Counted from the first letter of the stretch, positions 16,117-25,803 are shown. The stretch is DNA of 64,000 nt from Candidatus Daviesbacteria bacterium (GCA_016183305.1 JACPEW010000006.1:2317-66316), one strand, 5' to 3'. The notes: a model not told the origin generated them from the letters alone. A program made the numbers and translations.

Positions 16117-16533
16117 TTAGCGGGACTCAAATTTAGAGGATCTTTTGACTAGTTTGGCCACAAAAACTATTTGTCTAAGTTGCCCATCTTCACCCTCAAT
16201 CTCATTTAAACCAGATAACCTTTGATATTCCCTTAAATAATCTGATAACCCTTCTTTTAATTCTTTTTGTTCTGATTTTAAAGATTTTAATTTATTAGCC
16301 AAATCAGCGGTATCTGGCCTTTTTAAAATTTCTTTTTTAGTATTGGCCCTAATCCTAACTGCTTCTTTAGCTGCTTTATCATGCTCTTGATAAGATTCAT
16401 CATTAGTAAAAATATCATTAACCATATCCCTATATTTGGTAATTTCTTCCTGTAAAGAATCAATTTGGGAAGTATGGGTTTTAATCATCTCCTCAATTCT
16501 AACCAGTAAAACCGCATCATTTCCATCATCCAT
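16117..16533 (-). CDS. hypothetical coiled-coil protein
   Basis: ORF trimmed to ATG 16533 (MDDGND...); heptad-like charged sequence. Confidence 0.4.
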   Translation of the reverse strand: MDDGNDAVLLVRIEEMIKTHTSQIDSLQEEITKYRDMVNDIFTNDESYQEHDKAAKEAVRIRANTKKEILKRPDTADLANKLKSLKSEQKELKEGLSDYLREYQRLSGLNEIEGEDGQLRQIVFVAKLVKRSSKFESR

Positions 16534-16584
16534 ATTAGAACAACTATAATATCCAGAAATTCTCCAAAAAAGCAAGGCTTGATT

Positions 16585-18348
16585 TTAGCTCTTCATCCAC
16601 CTAGCCCTAGGGGTTTGGACTCTGCCAAATTTCTGGCCTAAGCGTAAAACTATGCTTAGTAAAATATAATAAGCTTTCCCATGATAATGTTCTGCTGCTT
16701 TACTTAAATGCTCATAAGCTTTTTGCTGACCAATTTTAGAAGTAGAACCTCCATGATAATGGATAAACTGACTAGCAGGCACAAAATAAATTAGTACTCC
16801 AAATTGCTTTAATCTTCTGCAGTATTCTATATCCTCAAAAAAGATAAAGGTTCCTTCATCCAACAGCCCTACTTTGTTAATTATCTTTCTTGGAATCATA
16901 AAACAGGCCATTACCAAACCTTCCACTTTACTAGGTTTTTCCCCTTGAGGAGCATACATAAAATAAGCTCCCTTCTTTAACAGGAAATATTCCTTAAAAG
17001 CCCCAAAGATAGTAGGCAGGTGGAAAACACTATCCTGCTCACTCATGTCCTCAAAAAATAACTTACCTCCTAAAACTGCCTTGCCTTTAAACTCATCTTC
17101 TGTTTTAACTAATTCAGTAAGACTATCCTTTAAAACTTTAATATCTGAATTAAGCATTAAATAATACTCACCTAAAGAATATTTAATAGTTTTGTTATAA
17201 CCTTTGGAAAATCCTTCATTGTCTTGGTTTTGTAAGTATTTAATCTTAGGCAAAAACTCTTTGATGGCTTCTTTACAAGGATCAATTTGACCATTATCTA
17301 AGACAATTACTTCCATATTCTTGGGATCAAACCCAGACCCTTGCTTAAAAATACTCTCCAGTAATTTCTTAGTTAAATCAGCAGTGTTGTAATTAACAAT
17401 CCCAATAGATAACTTCAGGGGATACTCTACGTTCCCACTTGACGAGTGGGAAGCTAGGTTTCCTTGGCCTGTAATGCCTAAATAAAAATCTAAAACTCCT
17501 TTTCTTTGGGCTGGCCTGCCAAAAATAAACAGTTTTAAAGCTTCCCTTAATAAAGCAAACTTAGTCCTATCTCTTCCATACTTCATCCCAAAAATTAATC
17601 TATTCCTGGTATGGTAATAATCAGTAATAGGGGAGCCTATACCAGTTGACTGGGAAACTTTGTGGTAAATAGAAGTTTTTCCATTATAGTAAACTTTAAA
17701 TTCAGCATTTTTTGCTCTTTTATTAAAATCACTATCCTCAAAATAGAGAAAGTATCTCTCATCTAATCCTCCTAATACCTCTTTTTTAATCATCACACAA
17801 GCTCCAGAAAAAATCTCAGTTTCCTCAACAGCATCATATTGACCCTTATCCACCTCATCAATACCCCTGTGAATATTCCCGATATTATCCCAATCAAATT
17901 TTCCTCCAGCAAACCACAATACTTTACCTATCTCTTCTTTTTTATATCTATCCTTATGAAACTCAAACCCAGGAGCAAAATAAATCTTAGGAGAAACTAA
18001 ACCAATTTTAGAATCTGATTCTAAAGTATTAACTAAGTCTGTAACTAAGTTAGTATCTTTTATCAAACAATCATTATTAACCAGCAAAAAATAATCAGCT
18101 CCCCAAATTTGAGCATAGTCTATACCCTTGTTATAACCTCCAGCAAAACCTAAATTTTGTCCAGTTTGTACTATATTTACCTCTGGAAAAGCTTTATGGA
18201 TAGCAGAAACGCTCCCATCAGACGAAGCATTATCCACCACGATTACCTGTTGCCTGTAACCTTTTGCCTGTAACCTTTTTAATGATTCCAAAAACTCTAT
18301 CGTGTCTTTCTTGCCACTATAATTAAGTGTAATTATTGCAATTTTCAT
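16585..18348 (-). CDS. tandem double GT2 glycosyltransferase (two GT-A domains in one ORF)
   Basis: Two copies of the ...IITLNYSG/..SIGIVNYN.., DNASSDGS/DNGQ, and xED motif pattern, joined by a linker that contains an R1 REP. Confidence 0.8.
   Translation of the reverse strand: MKIAIITLNYSGKKDTIEFLESLKRLQAKGYRQQVIVVDNASSDGSVSAIHKAFPEVNIVQTGQNLGFAGGYNKGIDYAQIWGADYFLLVNNDCLIKDTNLVTDLVNTLESDSKIGLVSPKIYFAPGFEFHKDRYKKEEIGKVLWFAGGKFDWDNIGNIHRGIDEVDKGQYDAVEETEIFSGACVMIKKEVLGGLDERYFLYFEDSDFNKRAKNAEFKVYYNGKTSIYHKVSQSTGIGSPITDYYHTRNRLIFGMKYGRDRTKFALLREALKLFIFGRPAQRKGVLDFYLGITGQGNLASHSSSGNVEYPLKLSIGIVNYNTADLTKKLLESIFKQGSGFDPKNMEVIVLDNGQIDPCKEAIKEFLPKIKYLQNQDNEGFSKGYNKTIKYSLGEYYLMLNSDIKVLKDSLTELVKTEDEFKGKAVLGGKLFFEDMSEQDSVFHLPTIFGAFKEYFLLKKGAYFMYAPQGEKPSKVEGLVMACFMIPRKIINKVGLLDEGTFIFFEDIEYCRRLKQFGVLIYFVPASQFIHYHGGSTSKIGQQKAYEHLSKAAEHYHGKAYYILLSIVLRLGQKFGRVQTPRARWMKS
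17427..17457 (-). repeat. R1 REP hairpin (loop variant TTGACGA) in GT2-GT2 linker
   Basis: TTCCCAC TTGACGA GTGGGAA GCTAG; reads ASHSSSGN on the gene strand. Confidence 0.8.
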
Positions 18349-19262
18349 ATCACCCTCAATCCTTCCATATAAATTTTTGCTCTTTTTGTCTTTCCCAAAA
18401 TAGAAAAAGCAATCACCCTTAAAATTAATCCTGCCACCAAAAATAGTTTAACAAACAGATAAAAATTATGGTAATGCTTTAACAAGTAATACTTAATTCC
18501 TTTTAGCTCATTTAAAAAACTTGAACTTAAATCAAAATTAGTAGAAGCTCCATGAAGATGTATTACAGAAACTTGTGGCACATACCAAATCTTAAAGTTT
18601 TTATCTTTAATCCTCTTACACCATTCAATCTCCTCCATATGCATAAAAAACTTCTCATCAAATCCAGTTGTTTTTTCCAAAACCTCTTTTTTCAGCATAA
18701 AAAAAGCACCCATAATCCAGCCGGCAGGATGAGCTTTAGAAAAATATTTTTTATCCTTGGGATGGAATGAGGGAACTAGCTTATTAATAACAGGTATTAA
18801 GCTCAAACCTAAAATCCAAAAAATTATATTTAAGGGGTTGGGTAAATTGCCGGCGCTTGGTTGTAAATTACCGGTAGCATAATTTAACCTGGCCCCCGAT
18901 ACATCACAGTTTAAATTAACCCTAAAATAAGCCAGGGCTTTATATAAACTTTCTTCTTCCAAATAAACATCAGAATTTAAAAGCAAAATAAAAGGATTTT
19001 TTGCCTGTTTTAAAGCTAAATTATTACCTTTAGAAAAGCCTAAATTTTCCTTGGAAACAATCAGTTTTACCCAGGGAAAATCAGCTTTAATCATCTGGGC
19101 TGAATTATCAGAAGACCCATTATCCAAAACAATTACCCCAACTTTATTCTTAAGTCTTGCTTCACAATATTCCTTTGTTAACTTAAGCTTGCTTAAACAT
19201 CTTGATGTCACATCCTTAGTATTAAAGCTTAAAATTATTACTGTTAAATCTAAATTACTCAT
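18345..19262 (-). CDS. GT2 family glycosyltransferase
   Basis: LTVIILSFN..., DNGSSDNS, EEIEWC motifs. Confidence 0.8.
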   Translation of the reverse strand: MSNLDLTVIILSFNTKDVTSRCLSKLKLTKEYCEARLKNKVGVIVLDNGSSDNSAQMIKADFPWVKLIVSKENLGFSKGNNLALKQAKNPFILLLNSDVYLEEESLYKALAYFRVNLNCDVSGARLNYATGNLQPSAGNLPNPLNIIFWILGLSLIPVINKLVPSFHPKDKKYFSKAHPAGWIMGAFFMLKKEVLEKTTGFDEKFFMHMEEIEWCKRIKDKNFKIWYVPQVSVIHLHGASTNFDLSSSFLNELKGIKYYLLKHYHNFYLFVKLFLVAGLILRVIAFSILGKTKRAKIYMEGLRVI

Positions 19263-19273
19263 AACTCTCCCTT

Positions 19274-19406
19274 GTCATTCTGGCGAGTCCCGGAGGGACG
19301 TGTCCGAGAATCCTCCTTTTGTCATCCTGGGCCCGCTTTGCGGGCTGCAGACTTGTCCAGGATCTTGATTCTGGAGTCGTCGCTAACCACCCCTCCCCAG
19401 AATGAC
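19274..19406. repeat. R2 cluster: three nested-hairpin units (two forward, one inverted)
   Basis: GTCATTCTGG..CCGAGAATC; GTCATCCTGG-GCCCGCTTTGCGGGC-..CCAGGATC; GATTCTGG..CCAGAATGAC. Confidence 0.8.
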
Positions 19407-19417
19407 AGACATCAAAT

Positions 19418-20467
19418 TTAAGCCTTAGTTTTTATCCTAAGCTTCCTATAATTTTCTAATAATTTAATTCCTCCTAAGACAAAATCCCTAAACAGGGGAG
19501 GGTACTTTTTATAGTAGTGTTTCTTATAAAAAATCTTCATAGCAGTGACTCCATAAATTGCAGTTTCTAATTTAGTTTCTTTTGGAACAGTAGTTAATGC
19601 TGTAGTCCAAAGCCCGGAAGAAGAACCTTTGTAATGGATTATTTTTACCTCCGGGTAATAATAAATCTTCCAGCTTTTTTCTTTTAAAGAGTAACAAAAT
19701 TCTATATCCTCACCATTCCAAAAATAATCTGTATTCCACCATCTTATTTGTTCTCCAGCAATTTTCCTTACCATCAAAAAAGCCCCTGTTAAGGAGTCAA
19801 TCTCATGGGCTTTATTAATATCTAAGTAAGAAGCTGTATAGCCAGAAAAAAGAGAGGATTTAGGAAAGATTTTAGACAGCCCGCTAAAGTAAGCAAAAGA
19901 ATTCCAGGGAGTAGGGAAACCTCTATGACAGGAGTAATCTAATCTTCCATCAGGCAGCTCAACCCTGCAAGTTAAGGCTCCAATATCAGGATCTGACAGT
20001 AACTTTTCTAAGGATTTTTGAATAGCATGATCAACAATAATAGTATCTGGATTTAAAAACAAAACCACTGGAGCTTTAGCAAATTTTACCCCCACATTAT
20101 TCCCAGCAGAGAAACCTAAGTTCTCCTTGTTTTCAATAAGCTGTACCACCCTATCACTCTTAATTTCTTCTTTGTCATACTGAGCTCCATTTTTGTCATT
20201 CTGGTTTGTCCAAAATCTTCCCTTTCCCCTGTCATTCCCGCCCGCTCCGCGGAGCGGGCGAAGGCGGGAATCTATACCAATAACTCTATATTTTCCCTTC
20301 ACAGCTTCTACAGACCCGTCAGAGGAAGCATTATCCACCACAATTACCTGCCACCTGTCTAACTTATCCTTACTTTGAAAAATTGAGTCTAAACATTTAA
20401 GCAATAAATCCTTAACATTGTAGTTAAGGATAATAATAGAAAGCTCTGGAGTCTTTAAATTTGTCAT
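19418..20467 (-). CDS. GT2 family glycosyltransferase carrying an R2-derived insertion
   Basis: LSIIILNYN, DNASSDGS, ENLGFSAGNN, EDIEFC; ~35-aa low-complexity insert between them. Confidence 0.8.
   Translation of the reverse strand: MTNLKTPELSIIILNYNVKDLLLKCLDSIFQSKDKLDRWQVIVVDNASSDGSVEAVKGKYRVIGIDSRLRPLRGAGGNDRGKGRFWTNQNDKNGAQYDKEEIKSDRVVQLIENKENLGFSAGNNVGVKFAKAPVVLFLNPDTIIVDHAIQKSLEKLLSDPDIGALTCRVELPDGRLDYSCHRGFPTPWNSFAYFSGLSKIFPKSSLFSGYTASYLDINKAHEIDSLTGAFLMVRKIAGEQIRWWNTDYFWNGEDIEFCYSLKEKSWKIYYYPEVKIIHYKGSSSGLWTTALTTVPKETKLETAIYGVTAMKIFYKKHYYKKYPPLFRDFVLGGIKLLENYRKLRIKTKA
20174..20272 (+). repeat. three tandem R2 units inside the GT2 CDS
   Basis: GTCATACTGAGC.., GTCATTCTGG..AAAATC, GTCATTCCCGCCCGCTCCGCGGAGCGGGCGAAGGCGGGAATC; translated as ...SRLRPLRGAGGNDRGKGRFWTNQNDKNGAQYDK... 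Confidence 0.75.
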
Positions 20468-20499
20468 TTAGATAATTGTATAACAGATCTGCTTAACTT

Positions 20500-20541
20500 G
20501 TCATTCTGAGCGCAGCGAAGAATCTCTGAACTTGTTTCAGA
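20500..20541 (+). repeat. R2 unit plus small hairpin
   Basis: GTCATTCTGAGCGCAGCGAAGAATC then TCTGAACTTGTTTCAGA; between GT2 start and atpC stop. Confidence 0.75.
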
Positions 20542-20548
20542 TACAATC

Positions 20549-20959
20549 TTAACGGACTCGGTGCCGGCGTTTCACACGAAGTTGGGCCAATGATTTTTCC
20601 AAATTAGCTAGAGTTTCTGCATATTCCTCATCAGACAAAGTTTGCTCCAAAGCTTGCTCAGCTCTTTTTTTGGCTTCTTCCACAGCTCTTTCATCAATAT
20701 CACCAGCATAAGTTGCCAAATCAGTCATAACAGTTAAGTTATTATCAGCAACCTGTAAAAACCCATCCCCAGTTACTAAAGATTCCACCTTGCCATTTTT
20801 TTTAATTATTAACTCTCCTGGTTCAAGTTTAGCCATCAAATTAGCATGGTTAGGAAGTATCCCAATTTCTCCCTGTTTAGTAGAAGCATTAACCTGGGAA
20901 ACCTCCTCATCTATTAACAATTTTTCTGGAGTAACTATCTTTAAATGCAACTGAGCCAT
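20549..20959 (-). CDS. atpC: F1 ATP synthase epsilon subunit
   Basis: LHLKIVTPEK...GILPNHANLM...LTVMTD and C-terminal helical hairpin. Confidence 0.85.
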   Translation of the reverse strand: MAQLHLKIVTPEKLLIDEEVSQVNASTKQGEIGILPNHANLMAKLEPGELIIKKNGKVESLVTGDGFLQVADNNLTVMTDLATYAGDIDERAVEEAKKRAEQALEQTLSDEEYAETLANLEKSLAQLRVKRRHRVR

Positions 20960-20973
20960 AAGCCTATTATATC

Positions 20974-22452
20974 CTAAATATAGCCTGAATGGTCAACTAT
21001 TTTTAAAACTTCTCTGGCATCCTCATCAATTAATACTGGTACTGGAATAATTTTACCTGTTTCTATCATTTCCCCTAAACCCTTATCCTCAATAATATCC
21101 CTTAGTAACCCTGCATTGGAACCTATTATTCTTTGTAAAACCTGGTTATTATCTTTTAAATCCCTAATCCCAACAGAATTACAAACAAATAAAATATATG
21201 GTTCATTTTTACCACCATGCATAATAGAAAGCATAGTATTAATATTTTCTATAGCCTGCCTTGGATCAGCTGGAGTAGAGGCAAAAGCCTGATTCTCCGG
21301 ATCAAACTTACCAATAGTTGACCCTCTCATAGCCACAGCCATATAAGATTCCTCATGCTTAGAAAAAGGCCTTTCTTCAATTTTAGCTATGTTTAAACAA
21401 AAGCCTGTTAAATACTGCAGCGCAATATTCCTAATTAACACAAACTTTAAAGTCTTTTTCTGGTTAGCTGTTAAATCCTGATAAAACTCATTTAAATAAT
21501 TTTCTACTTCTGTTTGAAGCTCTGATGCTACTTTTTGGTCAAGTATTGCCTCAGTAACAGATAAGATATTTTGAGAAAAAACAGTTAAATATTTTAAGTC
21601 TGTAAATTTTTGCCTGAATGAACCTAAAACTATATTTTTCTTAACAAAATATTCATCCAGCTGATCTTTATATTTATTAGCTAGGGAAGTGGTAGATAAA
21701 ACTTTTTTTGATTCAAAATTCAAAATAATCCCAAAGCTGTCAGTATCATAAACTGCTGGAATAGCCACTATTTTTTGTGGTTCTAAACCCAGCTGCTCCC
21801 TAAACTCATTGTACATATTAGAGATTGCAGTAATAGTTTTTTCCTTAATAATCTTTAGATTATTTTCTTCCAAAGAGAGTTTGGGGTCCAAAAGCCCTGT
21901 TTTTTTCTTAGCTAACATTGCCCCGCAACCATGATGAGGATCAAATAAGCTGGTGTGGGCTAAAACTATTTCCAACAGATCATTACCTGTGGTAGAAGTC
22001 CTTCTTAAAGCCTCATTTAAATCTGAAGAATCAGGGATTAACTTACCGTCTGATTTTCTTTTGATAACAGAAATTTCTGCTGCTGGAATTTCAAAATGCC
22101 TGGCAAACCTGCCTCCTAAAAAAATAGTAGGGATTCTTCCATCAATACAAAAAACAAAACCTAAGGAAACTCCCTCAGATAACTGCCTTTTTCTTTTAAT
22201 AATTTTTCTATATCCGGGGGTAGATAAAATTTTGGCCACCTGATTATTCCGTTCAATAATATTCCAAATCCTTGCCCTGTCTTTAACAGAAACCTTATGG
22301 CCAGTATGGGCACTAAGATGATCTAAATATAGGTTCAATTGTTCTTCTAAATAAGTTTTTGAGGCAGATAAACTAATCTGTCCTCTGTTATATATCTTTT
22401 CAAAAATACTTTTAACTCTTGTTATATTCAGATGCGGTTGTGGTATTTGCAT
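20974..22452 (-). CDS. CsoSCA-like (beta-class-related) carbonic anhydrase homologue, function unverified
   Basis: C102-I-D104-G-R106 and AH166TSLFDPHHGC176GA match the CxDxR / H-x10-C zinc-site pattern of carboxysomal CsoSCA; 492 aa. Confidence 0.5.
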   Translation of the reverse strand: MQIPQPHLNITRVKSIFEKIYNRGQISLSASKTYLEEQLNLYLDHLSAHTGHKVSVKDRARIWNIIERNNQVAKILSTPGYRKIIKRKRQLSEGVSLGFVFCIDGRIPTIFLGGRFARHFEIPAAEISVIKRKSDGKLIPDSSDLNEALRRTSTTGNDLLEIVLAHTSLFDPHHGCGAMLAKKKTGLLDPKLSLEENNLKIIKEKTITAISNMYNEFREQLGLEPQKIVAIPAVYDTDSFGIILNFESKKVLSTTSLANKYKDQLDEYFVKKNIVLGSFRQKFTDLKYLTVFSQNILSVTEAILDQKVASELQTEVENYLNEFYQDLTANQKKTLKFVLIRNIALQYLTGFCLNIAKIEERPFSKHEESYMAVAMRGSTIGKFDPENQAFASTPADPRQAIENINTMLSIMHGGKNEPYILFVCNSVGIRDLKDNNQVLQRIIGSNAGLLRDIIEDKGLGEMIETGKIIPVPVLIDEDAREVLKIVDHSGYI

Positions 22453-22565
22453 ATTGTTTAATCCATCATTATACTCTCAAATTACCTGTTTGATAAGTAG
22501 TCTGAGATTAAAAGATCTACATAAGATATCTTGTTTTCCTAAAATCTTTAACATAATATATTGTT

Positions 22566-22937
22566 ATGGCTGACTCAGATTATGACAAAATTGCCAAACT
22601 CTTTAAAGACCGGGTAAGAGACCTCAAAGATGTTGTAGAACTTATTAAACATAAAGTTGATAACATTCAAGTATTTCAAGACGCATCTTCTGAAAACATC
22701 CATTTAATGAAAGAACAGCAATCTTTAATGAATGAAAAATTGGATAATCTAGAACAAAATGTTAAAAAAATCCAGGAAAATGTTGATGCAGCAAGAGGGG
22801 ATATTGAATCACTCCATATGGATGTAAAAGGTATTAGAGAAAAAGAGAGTTTATTTCACTCAAGGAACAAAAGAGAAATTGATGAAATTAAAACTCACCT
22901 AGACATCCCCTTAATACCTGATACCCCTCAAATTTAG
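22566..22937 (+). CDS. hypothetical coiled-coil protein
   Basis: 123-aa charged helical ORF. Confidence 0.4.
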   Translation: MADSDYDKIAKLFKDRVRDLKDVVELIKHKVDNIQVFQDASSENIHLMKEQQSLMNEKLDNLEQNVKKIQENVDAARGDIESLHMDVKGIREKESLFHSRNKREIDEIKTHLDIPLIPDTPQI

Positions 22938-23012
22938 CTTCTGTTTAGAGCTTTACATTTTTCTTAACTAATCCTTATTAAAAAAAGACTATTTAGAGTT
23001 ATCCTTAAATTT

Positions 23013-23405
23013 ATGGTTAAGAGAATTGAGAGTATCATCTTATTTTCTGAAGATGCTAAAAATTTAGCTGAGTTTTATAAAGATAAGGTGGGTTTGGAGA
23101 TGACTATGGAGGCAGAAATAGGGGAGAAAGGAGAGGGTTTATATGGTTTTGAGTTTGGAGAAGAAAAAACAGCCCTTTATATAATGAATCATTCTAAAGT
23201 TAAAGGCAAAAACTCCCAACCAGAAAGAATTATTTTTAATCTGGAGGTTGATGATATAGAGAAAGAAATTAAAAAATTAGATGAGGCAGGAGTTAGAAAG
23301 ATTGCTGATATTTATCATATGCAAGAATATGGCTTAATTGCTACTTTTGAAGATATTGATGGCAATTACTTCCAATTAGTCCAAATCAGACCCGGTGAAG
23401 CCTGA
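23013..23405 (+). CDS. glyoxalase/VOC-fold protein
   Basis: 130 aa; beta-alpha-beta-beta-beta-like pattern, ...DIDGNYFQLVQ C-terminus typical of VOC family. Confidence 0.55.
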   Translation: MVKRIESIILFSEDAKNLAEFYKDKVGLEMTMEAEIGEKGEGLYGFEFGEEKTALYIMNHSKVKGKNSQPERIIFNLEVDDIEKEIKKLDEAGVRKIADIYHMQEYGLIATFEDIDGNYFQLVQIRPGEA

Positions 23406-24782
<1,377 letters not shown>

Positions 24783-24787
24783 TTATT

Positions 24788-24855
24788 GTCATTCTGAGCG
24801 ACTAGCGAATAATCTCTATATTAACCTTAAGATCCTTCACTGCGTTCAGGATGAC
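24788..24855. repeat. R2 composite (forward unit + inverted unit)
   Basis: GTCATTCTGAGCGACTAGCGAATAATC ... GATCCTTCACTGCGTTCAGGATGAC between atpG and atpD. Confidence 0.8.
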
Positions 24856-24860
24856 ACTCA

Positions 24861-25787
24861 TTATGTCATCACAGCTGCTGCTGTTGCTATTTCTAAAATT
24901 TCTTTGGTAATACCAGCCTGTCTGGTCTGATTAAAAGTTAACTTCAAATCATCCAAAAGCTCTAAAGCATTATCTGTAGCATTTTGCATAGCTATCATTC
25001 TAGCAGATTGCTCAGAAGCTTTAGTCTCAAGCAAAGCTTGGTAAATTTTAGTTTCAATATGATGAAGTAAAATAAAATCCAATAAAACATCCGGGTCAGG
25101 TTCAAAAAGGAATTCTTTATTGTCATTCTGAGCGACTGGCTCGCTCCGCGGAGCGAGCGAAGAATCTTTAGACTTGTCCTTATAATCTTGAGATCCTTCA
25201 TCTCCCAGATTCCGGATAACAGACGCTAAATCTACAGGTAGAAGCTGGACTAATTTTGCTTGCTGCCTTAGGGTGGAAACAAATTCTGGATAAACAATTA
25301 ATACTTGTCCTACTTCACCAGCATTAAAAGCTTCTATCACTAATCTGGATAATTGTTTGGCCTGCCTGAAAGTAACTTTTTCAGGATTTTCAAAATCAGC
25401 TTTTAGATTTTTACTAGTCCTGGCCACATATGCCCTGCCTTTTTTACCCAGGGTGTAATAAACAGTATCTGCAGGCAAATTTGAAGAAAAAATTGTCCTG
25501 GTTAAATTAGTATTTAAAGCCCCAACCAAGCCTTTATCAGTTGAGAGTAAAATTACCCCGGAGGTTTTTATGCTTTTGGGAGATAATAAAAGATGAGACT
25601 GTATATTAATTCTAGGTAAAAGCCTTAATAAGGCTTGGCCTAAATTTTGGGTGTATGGCCTGCCGGAAAGAGCCTGGTTTTGTGCCCTTTTCATCTTAGT
25701 AGCAGCCACCATCTGCATAGCCTTAGTTATTTGGCTTGTATTCTTAATAGATTTTATTCTTCTTCTTAATTCTCTAGTACTAGCCAT
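24861..25787 (-). CDS. atpG: F1 ATP synthase gamma subunit with R2-derived insertion
   Basis: MASTRELRRRIKSIKNTSQITKAMQMVAATK N-terminus, ...SARMIAMQNATDNA...ITKEILEI C-terminus. Confidence 0.9.
   Translation of the reverse strand: MASTRELRRRIKSIKNTSQITKAMQMVAATKMKRAQNQALSGRPYTQNLGQALLRLLPRINIQSHLLLSPKSIKTSGVILLSTDKGLVGALNTNLTRTIFSSNLPADTVYYTLGKKGRAYVARTSKNLKADFENPEKVTFRQAKQLSRLVIEAFNAGEVGQVLIVYPEFVSTLRQQAKLVQLLPVDLASVIRNLGDEGSQDYKDKSKDSSLAPRSEPVAQNDNKEFLFEPDPDVLLDFILLHHIETKIYQALLETKASEQSARMIAMQNATDNALELLDDLKLTFNQTRQAGITKEILEIATAAAVMT
25122..25166 (+). repeat. R2 unit inside atpG CDS (45 nt, in-frame)
   Basis: GTCATTCTGAGCGACTG-GCTCGCTCCGCGGAGCGAGC-GAAGAATC; reads KDSSLAPRSEPVAQNDN on the gene strand. 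Confidence 0.8.
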
Positions 25788-25803
25788 ATTTTAATTAAGT
25801 TTT

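Noticed and set aside
19051-19368. ORFs that read through repeat clusters (19051-19368, 20193-20378, 24745-24930, 24995-25201)
   Set aside because: Their sequence is made of R2 repeat units or is antisense to GT2/atpG. They are artefacts of open frames across palindromic repeats.
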